Shown here piece after piece: positions 50,979 through 59,018 of a DNA stretch of 64,000 nucleotides (position 1 is the stretch's first letter; the number at the start of each line of letters is the position of its first letter). Position numbers and translations under genes: made by a program. The stretch is taken from contig CAVXTH010000005.1 in the NCBI GenBank assembly GCA_963764625.1, positions 352,001 through 416,000 of the forward strand, written 5' to 3'. This DNA comes from Candidatus Krumholzibacteriota bacterium (GTDB lineage Bacteria; Krumholzibacteriota; Krumholzibacteriia; JAJRXK01). A model generated the notes under the pieces. That model was not told the DNA's origin and did not search any database. It saw nothing but the letters and a program-made list of their open reading frames with translations.

Positions 50979-52981
50979 GATTGCCTCACAAGACTCTCTA
51001 CGTAATTGGGGGCGCCGCCCTCGAGGACAGCATTCAACAACCACTCCATCAGATAAAAATACGTCAGATCGATCAGCTCGGGACCAATTCCAACCGCGCG
51101 CTCGGGGTGACCGTCTTGCCAGCTGAGCTCGAACTCGCTTCCCGCATAGCCTACTCGATCGTTCTCTCTCCAGCAGGAAAACTCCTGCCCCTCGAACCGA
51201 CCCGACATTTTCTCTCTGTCTCCCACTCTTTCCAGAAAGAAGCCGTCATACTCGTTCCAGCGCCGCCACTGCTCCTCGCTGCCGAAGAAGCGCGGCTTCA
51301 AGATGTAGGGTCCGCCATCTTCGGGGCAAAAGATGTCGCAGTTGCCGCAATCGTTGCAGAAGTCGGCAAAATTGGCGATCTGATGCCGTTCGTCCAGCTC
51401 CAGGTCCGGCGCCGCGCGCAGCGTCCAGCCCTCCGAATGACGCTCCAAGAAGGCGCTCGTGATGCGGCGCACCTCGCTTCGCAGGATGAAGTTGGCGTCG
51501 TTGGGACAAACAGGTAAGCACTTGTCGCAGCTGATGCAATCGAAGAACTCGAGCGAGCTGCCGATTTTTTTGGGAGAGGTGCGATTCTTCACTCTCCTAT
51601 AGCGCTCGTCCTGACCCAATGCATTCAGGTAGGATTCGGTGTTGACCAGGATCGCGCGCTCCAGTTCGGCGACATCCCCTGCCTCGGCCTTCAAAGGGGT
51701 GGCTTCTCTGGTCGGTGCGTCCGCGAGCGTTCCCTCGTGGCGCAGCGCCTCCTTCAGGATGAACTCGGTACGCGTTCTCGCCCCGACCGCGTCCATGCGG
51801 CCGTGCAGCTGCCGATAGTACCCGCCCAGGCGGCCGTACCCTCCCGTCTTCAGAAGGTCGCTGCACACCGTCACCGGAACCAAACCCAAGGCCACTGCGT
51901 CGGGAAAATTCATCTTGTCGATGCCGGCGCTGAAGGAGATGGGAAAGCGCATCTTGAAATGGCGACGAAACCGCGCCACGAGGTGCATGGCCAAGACGTG
52001 CAGAGGCGCTCCGGAGAGATAGACTTCCTTTTCGCTGCCGGGCAGGAACCCGGCGGTGTTTTCCACGATGAGAGTGTTGGTGAACTTCGCCCCCAGACTC
52101 AGATCCAGTGCACGGGCCGTCTCATCCAAGCTCTCCATGATTTCGACCGCCCGTTCGAACGGCATGTCTCGTTCGAACGCACTGTCGGGGATGCGAATCT
52201 GGTCGTAGCCCAGCTCGTCGTGCAACAGACCGCGCGCCAGTTGAGGTCCCAGGAGCATCGGATTGAATTTGACGATGCAGTGGATCGAGAACTTTCGCAG
52301 GAGAAACTCGACGATCGACTCGATTTCCTCGGGAGGACACCCGTGGAACGTGGAGAGCGTGAGAGTGTTCGAAAGCTGCTCGGGAAAGTCCAGATCTCTC
52401 AACGAGGAGAACTCCGCGGGGATCTGGGGGCGCAGACGGTTCACCACTTCCCGGCAGTCGAGCATGCCCCCAAGAAAGGTCTGCACTCTCTCGCTCTGGA
52501 TGCCCGCAAGATCGTAGCCCACGCTCATGTCCCACACGATTTCGGTGAAGCGTGGCGCGAGATCTAGCTCCCCGCTCTCCTGGAGCATCTGTACCAACAT
52601 GGCGCCCTTCACGTATTCCTCGAGCGACGCCTCCAACTTGAGCTCTTGCGACCATTCCGCGTTGTAGCCCACGTTGCGCATGTCGATGCAGGGACGCGGG
52701 ATCTTCAGTTCATCTTGAATCTGTACGGTCTTCAGCTCGAAAAAACGCGAACCGCCCAGCCAGGCCAGGACCAGGTTTTGCGCCATTTGGGTGTGGGGAC
52801 CGGCGGCGGGACCCAGAGGGGAAGCAATCCGGTGAGCTCCGAACGGAGCCGAGAGGTCGTACTCTCTGCTTCCCAGATGGAACTTCGAGCGCGGCAAACC
52901 GAAGATACGGTCATGGACCCGCAAGTCGTCGAAGGCCCGCCGCACGAGTGCCGCGAGGGGATAGGGAACCAACTCCGCCAT
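50975..52981 (-). CDS. ygfK: Shortened YgfK-like Fe-S flavoprotein (FMN barrel plus C-terminal ferredoxin; no GltD-like module)
   Basis: LGPAAGPHTQMAQN, FELKTVQ, PCID...YNAEWSQEL, TLSTFHGCPPEEIE, KFTNTL, YLSG, ISFSAG; then CISCDKCLPVCPN and CNDCGNCDIFCP. Confidence 0.85.
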   Translation of the reverse strand: MAELVPYPLAALVRRAFDDLRVHDRIFGLPRSKFHLGSREYDLSAPFGAHRIASPLGPAAGPHTQMAQNLVLAWLGGSRFFELKTVQIQDELKIPRPCIDMRNVGYNAEWSQELKLEASLEEYVKGAMLVQMLQESGELDLAPRFTEIVWDMSVGYDLAGIQSERVQTFLGGMLDCREVVNRLRPQIPAEFSSLRDLDFPEQLSNTLTLSTFHGCPPEEIESIVEFLLRKFSIHCIVKFNPMLLGPQLARGLLHDELGYDQIRIPDSAFERDMPFERAVEIMESLDETARALDLSLGAKFTNTLIVENTAGFLPGSEKEVYLSGAPLHVLAMHLVARFRRHFKMRFPISFSAGIDKMNFPDAVALGLVPVTVCSDLLKTGGYGRLGGYYRQLHGRMDAVGARTRTEFILKEALRHEGTLADAPTREATPLKAEAGDVAELERAILVNTESYLNALGQDERYRRVKNRTSPKKIGSSLEFFDCISCDKCLPVCPNDANFILRSEVRRITSAFLERHSEGWTLRAAPDLELDERHQIANFADFCNDCGNCDIFCPEDGGPYILKPRFFGSEEQWRRWNEYDGFFLERVGDREKMSGRFEGQEFSCWRENDRVGYAGSEFELSWQDGHPERAVGIGPELIDLTYFYLMEWLLNAVLEGGAPNYVESLVRQS

Positions 52982-53210
52982 TGAACTCAGTACCTTTGGC
53001 ATTTGATGAGGAGGGTACAGTCTAGGCCCTCCCCGCCCGTATCTCAAGTCCGTCTCCACCGGATCAGAGCCAAGTTCTAGCCGTTTTTGCACAGGAACTC
53101 TTGATTGGAGCTAAAGCTTGCCTATTCTTCGGTAGACGGAACTCGGGGGAAGTCTCTCGCCCGCGCCGATACTGATCGCCGAGTTCGACTCCCCGCAACA
53201 AAGGCGCCTG

Positions 53211-53954
53211 ATGCGCATCCACCTTTTTGTTCCTTGCTTCGTGGATCACTTTGCTCCCGAAGTGGCTTGGGCTAGCGCGCGCATTCTGCAGCGCCTGGGG
53301 CACGAGGTGATCGTTCCTGAAACTCAGACCTGTTGCGGCCAACCCGGGTTCAACAGCGGCTATCTCGAGGAAAGCGTCGACGTCGCCAAGCAGTGGCTGG
53401 GTTCTTTCGCCGAGGCGGAAGCGGTGGTCGGGAGCTCGGGCTCGTGCGTCGCTTTCGTCCGTGAGAAGTTTCCCGTCTTTTTCGAGAACACGCCTCACGA
53501 AGTCGAGGCGAACGAGCTGGCCAACCGCACCTGGGAGCTGAGCTCGTTTCTGGTGGACGTCCTCGGCGTGGAAGATGTGGGGGCCCGCCTCGACGGGAAG
53601 GCCACCTTCCACGATGGGTGTCATGGCATGCGGGACCTCGGGCTGGGAACCCAGGCGCGCCGGCTTCTCTCCAAAGTCGAGGGCCTGGAGCTGGTCGAGA
53701 TGAATCGAACCGACCTCTGCTGTGGATTCGGCGGTTCCTTCTCGGTAAAGCTCCCGGAACTCTCGGTCTCGATGGCCGACGCCAAGCTGCGCGAGATCCA
53801 GGCCACCGGTACCGAGCTTCTCATCTCCACCGAACCCACTTGCCTGAGTCAACTCATCACGCGTGCCAAACGTCGCGGACTCAAGCTCCGCTCGATCCAT
53901 CTGGCCAACGTGCTCGACCACGACGTCGACGAGAGGCGGGTTGAAAGAAGATGA
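53211..53954 (+). CDS. lutA: Lactate utilisation protein A (two CCG domains)
   Basis: QTCCGQP..NSG, SGSC, FHDGCH, CCGFGGSFSVK. Confidence 0.9.
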   Translation: MRIHLFVPCFVDHFAPEVAWASARILQRLGHEVIVPETQTCCGQPGFNSGYLEESVDVAKQWLGSFAEAEAVVGSSGSCVAFVREKFPVFFENTPHEVEANELANRTWELSSFLVDVLGVEDVGARLDGKATFHDGCHGMRDLGLGTQARRLLSKVEGLELVEMNRTDLCCGFGGSFSVKLPELSVSMADAKLREIQATGTELLISTEPTCLSQLITRAKRRGLKLRSIHLANVLDHDVDERRVERR

Positions 53955-55345
53955 GCCTGACTCGGTTGCGCGCCCGCATGGTGACGGCCCTCAAGGATCC
54001 GGCCCTGTCCCTGCCCTACGAAAAGGCGACCGCCACCGCGCGGGCGAAGCGGGCTGCGGCCGTCGTCCAGATGCCGGATTTCGAGGAGCAACGAGAACTC
54101 GCGGCGCGAGCGCGTCGCGATTCGGTCGCGCACATGCAGGAGTTGCTACGGATCTTCGATGAACGCTTCACGCGCGACGGTGGCTATGTCCATCGGGCGC
54201 ACGACGCCACCGAGGCCCGAGAGTGCGTCACCCGAATCCTCTCGGAGTACCAGGCGAGGAGCGTGGTGAAGGGGAAGTCGATGCTGAGCGAGGAGATCGG
54301 ACTCAACGAGCATCTTCTGGCCGGCGGCTACGAGGTGTACGAAAGCGATCTCGGCGAGTTCATCGTACAGCTCGCGGGACACCGGCCCAGCCACATCACC
54401 GCGCCCGCGCTCCATCTGAACCGCGTGGACATTGCCAAACTCTTCCACGAGAAACTCGGGGTAGACTACACGGAGGATCCGGTCGAGCTCACCACCATTG
54501 CTCGAGTCGCACTGCGCGAGCGCTTCCTGAGAGCGGACGCCGGAATCACCGGCGCGAATTTCCTGGTCGCCGACACCGGACAGATCGTCCTCTTGGAGAA
54601 CGAAGCCAACATTCGCATGACCGTGACCCTGCCCAGGGTGCACATCGCGGTGGTGGGCTTGGAAAAGGTCATTCGCTCCAGCGCCGACCTCGGCCCCTTG
54701 CTGAGCGTCCTGGCGCGAAGCGCCACCGGACAGAAGATGGGCGCCTACACCTCGATCCTGGGAGCAAACGGCTCGCCCCCACGGCACGTCGTGCTGGTGG
54801 ACAGCGGGAGAAGCTCTCTGGCCGAAAACATCTCGCGTCGCGAGATCCTGAGCTGCATCCGCTGCGGCGCCTGCCTCAACGCATGCCCGGTTTACGAGCG
54901 TATCGGCGGGCACGCGTACGAATCGGCCTACAGCGGTCCGATCGGCGCCCTCCTGGGACCACACCACCTCGGAACCGATCACGGAAGGGAGCTCCCCTTC
55001 GCCAGCAGTCTGTGCGGCGCTTGCACCGAGGTGTGTCCGGTGAAAATCGACATTGCCTCGATGCTGCGTTCCGAACGGCAGCGTTACGTGGAGACCAGCG
55101 GAGCCCAGGTAACGGAGCGCTTCGGCTGGTGGGTGTGGTCGAAAGTCATGGTCCGACCGAAGCTCTACCGCATCCTGGCCCGCATCGCGCGCGGGGTGAT
55201 GCAGGGTCCCGGCCTTCGTCAGGGCGGACCCTCCGCCATGGGCGCATGGACTCTGGGACGCGAGCTTCCCGAAGCCGCGCCGACCTCGTTCGTGCATCAG
55301 TGGAGTCGGGCCGGTGGAAAAACCTCGCCCGGAAAGCGCCTGTAG
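53951..55345 (+). CDS. lutB: Lactate utilisation Fe-S protein B
   Basis: KGKSMLSEEI, ESDLGEFIVQL, PSHITAPA, CIRCGACLNACPVY, SSLCGACTEVCPVKI. Confidence 0.93.
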   Translation: MSLTRLRARMVTALKDPALSLPYEKATATARAKRAAAVVQMPDFEEQRELAARARRDSVAHMQELLRIFDERFTRDGGYVHRAHDATEARECVTRILSEYQARSVVKGKSMLSEEIGLNEHLLAGGYEVYESDLGEFIVQLAGHRPSHITAPALHLNRVDIAKLFHEKLGVDYTEDPVELTTIARVALRERFLRADAGITGANFLVADTGQIVLLENEANIRMTVTLPRVHIAVVGLEKVIRSSADLGPLLSVLARSATGQKMGAYTSILGANGSPPRHVVLVDSGRSSLAENISRREILSCIRCGACLNACPVYERIGGHAYESAYSGPIGALLGPHHLGTDHGRELPFASSLCGACTEVCPVKIDIASMLRSERQRYVETSGAQVTERFGWWVWSKVMVRPKLYRILARIARGVMQGPGLRQGGPSAMGAWTLGRELPEAAPTSFVHQWSRAGGKTSPGKRL

Positions 55346-55378
55346 TTTGGACCTAGCGAGTAGAGGGCAAAGGTGGCC

Positions 55379-56044
55379 ATGAGCCTGCTCGAACAGTTTT
55401 GCCACGAGATGCAGCCGCTTCTGAAGGGCACGGACAGCGTGCACGGAGCCGTGTCCGTCTGCGCCAGCTACGAAGAAGCCGGCCGCCAGGTCGCCCAGCT
55501 CTTGCGTGAACGCCAGCTGCTGAGAGTGATCGCCGCCGCGCGGCCGGAACTCGATTTGGCCCTGAACTCTCTACGAGAGACTCTCGCGCGCTTCGCATCC
55601 GAAAAGCCCGAGAACCCTCCGATCGAGTTCGCAAGGGAAATTCCGACTCAGTTCAAGCTCGGGGATTCCTCGCTCACCTTTCGCGAGTATGCCGGTTTCG
55701 ACGCGGGGATCGGGGGCGCTGACGTTCTCATCGCCGAGTCGGCGACCATCGGTCTGAGGATGGGAGCCTATGAATCGCGGGCGCTCTCGCTGCTGCCTCC
55801 CACCCACATCGTGATCGCGCCCGCGTCCAGGCTCATGGCACGCATCCATGACGCCCTGGGGAGCCCCTTCACTCACCTGGACTCCCAAGAGGATTCCAAC
55901 GAAGGCGAATCTGACGCCCACGCCTCTTCCCCGACCCTCACCCTCATCAGCGGTCCCAGCCGTACCGCGGACATCGAGAAGATCCTGGTGCTTCCCGCGC
56001 ACGGACCCTCGCAGCTCTTCGTGTGGTTGGTGAGCGAGGCCTGA
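55379..56044 (+). CDS. lutC: Lactate utilisation protein C (LUD domain)
   Basis: RALSLLPPTHI, ISGPSRTADIE, AHGP. Confidence 0.9.
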   Translation: MSLLEQFCHEMQPLLKGTDSVHGAVSVCASYEEAGRQVAQLLRERQLLRVIAAARPELDLALNSLRETLARFASEKPENPPIEFAREIPTQFKLGDSSLTFREYAGFDAGIGGADVLIAESATIGLRMGAYESRALSLLPPTHIVIAPASRLMARIHDALGSPFTHLDSQEDSNEGESDAHASSPTLTLISGPSRTADIEKILVLPAHGPSQLFVWLVSEA

Positions 56045-56095
56045 AGCGATCGTTCGTCGCGGAGCCAAGAAGCGTCTCTCGCGGTCACTCGAACT

Positions 56096-56914
56096 TCACG
56101 CCACCGCCAATTGAACCGTTTCGCGACCGACACAGAGGTTGTGCTCACGCGCCAATTCCGCGAAACGTCGCAGTCCGGCCAGCTCGTTCTCGGCCATGTC
56201 GTAGCAGATGGAATGCGACCAGTAGTCGATCAGTTCCTTTTCGTCATGACCACTGCTGACCGAATGTTCGGCGGCGAGTTGCTCGAGATTGGCGAAGCCG
56301 CGAGCCTTGGCCGCCTTCAGAATGTCCAAAAGAAGTGCTCGGCGCTCCCTCGCCTCGTCGCGTGAATAGGCGGGAGACAAGACCCACACCGCGAACACGA
56401 AGGGCAAGTGGGTCAGTTCGTACCACATGGCCCCCAGGTCGTATTCGTGGATTTCCCTCGCATCCACTTTCATCGCCCGATCTCCGATGATGAGCACCGT
56501 GTCGTGCTCGTGGAACGGATCCTCGGCCCGTGGCGACACCGTGTGCAGATCGGGCTGGCTGCCGTACATCTCGGCCAAAAGGATTCTCAGAAGCGCCACG
56601 CTACTCCGGCTGCCCCGATCGACCGCGATCGACTCCGCCTCCTGCAGCGGAATTTTGGAGAACACCTTCACGCTGTGGACGGGACCTTTGGCGCCGATGC
56701 AGATTCCGGGCACGATGTCTCCGCCCACCCCGCGCAGGTACTCGATCACCGGGATCATGCCCACGTCGACCTGGCCCTCGTAGAGACGATCGGCGAGCCG
56801 GCTGGGAACCTCGCGCAAGAGAGCGACATCCTTGCGCTCATCGAGACCGCAGATGAGCGGCACCGTGTTCAAGAACGAAACCGCTCCGATCCGATGGACA
56901 ATGGATGAACTCAT
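56096..56914 (-). CDS. mqnA: Chorismate dehydratase (futalosine pathway)
   Basis: RIGAVSFLNTVPL, GPVHSV, SRSSVALL, LIIGDRA, DLGAMWYELTHLPFVFAVW. Confidence 0.93.
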   Translation of the reverse strand: MSSSIVHRIGAVSFLNTVPLICGLDERKDVALLREVPSRLADRLYEGQVDVGMIPVIEYLRGVGGDIVPGICIGAKGPVHSVKVFSKIPLQEAESIAVDRGSRSSVALLRILLAEMYGSQPDLHTVSPRAEDPFHEHDTVLIIGDRAMKVDAREIHEYDLGAMWYELTHLPFVFAVWVLSPAYSRDEARERRALLLDILKAAKARGFANLEQLAAEHSVSSGHDEKELIDYWSHSICYDMAENELAGLRRFAELAREHNLCVGRETVQLAVA

Positions 56915-58011
56915 GCTTCGTCACTCTCCCGGGGAAAGACCTCATGGACGCCGTTTCTCAAGACGGGCTCGTAGCCAGCCTCGACCAACCAGGCTTCGAT
57001 TTCGTCGAGATTCAGGTCGAACGAATCCGCGACCTCCCTGGGAGTGCGCTTGCCATCGAAGAGATAGCCTTCGAGATCGTCCACTCCGCAGGCGAGGCTA
57101 AGATGAGCCATTTTCAAGTCGCTGCAAGCATAGAGCATGCGCAGATGCTCGATTCCGCTCTCGCTCAGGCGGCAGGCCGCGAACACTCGCAGATCGTGCA
57201 GCCCCTGGGTGACGGCCGGGCTGCTCGGGCTCTCACGCTGAGCTGAATTGTGGATCACCGGAGCCAGAGAGGCAAAGACGCCGCACTCCCGTTGCACGCG
57301 CGTAATGGCTTCGAGTTGGTCGAGGAGCGAATTCGTATCGTTCGAAGGACCGTACAGCAGGGTGGCGTTTCCTTTGAGGCCCGCCCGGCCCGCGGCCAAC
57401 CAGAAGGACGACCAGCTCTCCGCCCCCGCCGCGCCGTGGCCCGGATGATGGCGAGGGCGCACGCCATCGGAGATCACGCGCAGTCCAGCCGCGCGCGCTT
57501 CGCCGAGCACTCCCTCGTCGGAGCCGGCCTCGATCCACAGATCGGCGGTTCCCAGTTGGAAGGTGGGCACAACGGAAGCGGCAGATCCGGTTCCTCCGTT
57601 CACGCCCGGAAGGGCCAGCTCGCCCAGCGCGTTCGCGCAGGCGTCGGCGTAGCGGACCAGATCCGAACTCGCAATCTCTCTTCTCGGCAGTACCTGATAG
57701 TCGCCCGCCGCAGGGTGAGCTCGCTCGAGCAGGGCGGTGCCCAATTCGCTGGCGGGGCCGGCCGGCGCGCCAAAGGTGGAGAGTTCACTCACATCGAGGC
57801 CGCTCAGAGGACTGAAGCGTTCCCCCGATCCCCAGTCGAGTGTGCGGAGCAGCACGTAGCTCGTCGTCGCGCCGTGCTGGCTGCGCCGAAGCGCGTCGGC
57901 GCGCGCTGCCATCGCGAGGGGGTCGGGATCGCTCAGGGCGCTCAGAAGAGACTGTCTGTCCAAAACCATGTTCACCGATCGGTCCTCGAGTCGACCCGCA
58001 GAGTAGTCCAT
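56911..58011 (-). CDS. Degenerate MqnE/CofH-like protein lacking the radical-SAM CxxxCxxC motif
   Basis: MqnE/MqnC-like termini (AMAARADALRRSQHG..TSYV; GLKGNATLLYG; DLRVFAACRL; LACGVDDLEG; EAGYEPVLRN), but no Cys triad. Confidence 0.75.
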   Translation of the reverse strand: MDYSAGRLEDRSVNMVLDRQSLLSALSDPDPLAMAARADALRRSQHGATTSYVLLRTLDWGSGERFSPLSGLDVSELSTFGAPAGPASELGTALLERAHPAAGDYQVLPRREIASSDLVRYADACANALGELALPGVNGGTGSAASVVPTFQLGTADLWIEAGSDEGVLGEARAAGLRVISDGVRPRHHPGHGAAGAESWSSFWLAAGRAGLKGNATLLYGPSNDTNSLLDQLEAITRVQRECGVFASLAPVIHNSAQRESPSSPAVTQGLHDLRVFAACRLSESGIEHLRMLYACSDLKMAHLSLACGVDDLEGYLFDGKRTPREVADSFDLNLDEIEAWLVEAGYEPVLRNGVHEVFPRESDEA

Positions 58012-58035
58012 CGCGCGCCGGAGTGCCAGAATCGC

Positions 58036-58890
58036 TCAATGGAGATAGATCTCTCCCAGAACGAACACGAAGAGCGTGATCCCCACCCAGGAATTCACCT
58101 GGAAGAACGCCTTGTCGATCTTCCGCAGATCTCCGGATCGTACGAGCCAATGTTCGTAGAAGAGGAGGCTTGCGGTGGCGAGGATTCCCAGAGTCCAGAA
58201 AAGGCCCAGCTGCGCCACGTGGCCGGCGATGGCAAGGCAGGAGATACTGCCCGCGTGACAGACCCGGGCCACCAGGAGCGCGCGCCGGTCGCCGAGCGTC
58301 GCGCTCATGCTGTGCAGTCCCTCGGCGCGATCAAAGTGGGTGTCCTGGCAGCCGTAGATGATGTCGAATCCTGCCACCCACAGAATCACCGCGGCCCCGA
58401 GCCACAGCGGAAAGACCGCGAAGCTTCCCCTCACCGCGAGCCACGCGCCGATGGGCGCCAGAGCCAGAGAGAGCCCCAAGAGAAAGTGGGTGAGCGTGGT
58501 GAATCGCTTGGCCAGCGAGTAGAAGAAGATGATGGCCAGAGCGAGCGGAGAAAGGCGCAGACAGAGCGGGTTGAGCTGCCACGCCGCCACCACCAAGAGG
58601 GCCGACATCACCGCGGTGAAGATCCAGACCGGGCCGCGCGAGAGTTGCCCGCTGGGCAATTCCCGCGAGTGCGTGCGCGGATTGCGCGCGTCAATACCGT
58701 GATCTACCAGACGGTTGAACGCCATCGCCGCGCTGCGCGCGCCCACCATCGCCACCACGATCCACAGAATCACGCGATCGGCGGGCCGTCCATGGCTGGC
58801 CACCAGCATCGAAATCAAAGCGAAAGGGAACGCGAAGATCGTATGCTCGATCTTGATGGCGCGCAAAGTCTTGGCAAGAGCGTTGGACAC
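58036..58890 (-). CDS. ubiA: UbiA-family prenyltransferase (MqnP-like)
   Basis: IKIEHTIFAFPFA, ARSAAMAFNRLVD..IDARNPRT..RELP, YSLAKRFT, WVAGFDIIYGCQD. Confidence 0.93.
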   Translation of the reverse strand: MSNALAKTLRAIKIEHTIFAFPFALISMLVASHGRPADRVILWIVVAMVGARSAAMAFNRLVDHGIDARNPRTHSRELPSGQLSRGPVWIFTAVMSALLVVAAWQLNPLCLRLSPLALAIIFFYSLAKRFTTLTHFLLGLSLALAPIGAWLAVRGSFAVFPLWLGAAVILWVAGFDIIYGCQDTHFDRAEGLHSMSATLGDRRALLVARVCHAGSISCLAIAGHVAQLGLFWTLGILATASLLFYEHWLVRSGDLRKIDKAFFQVNSWVGITLFVFVLGEIYLH

Positions 58891-59018
58891 GGCCGTACTT
58901 CGCGGGGAGATCGATGATTCACGGTACTACACGGAGGGGGAAACTGTAGTGGATTGGTGACCGGTTTCACAACCATCTAAATTGAATCCAACCCTTCGAG
59001 CAGGAGATCCACATCGCC

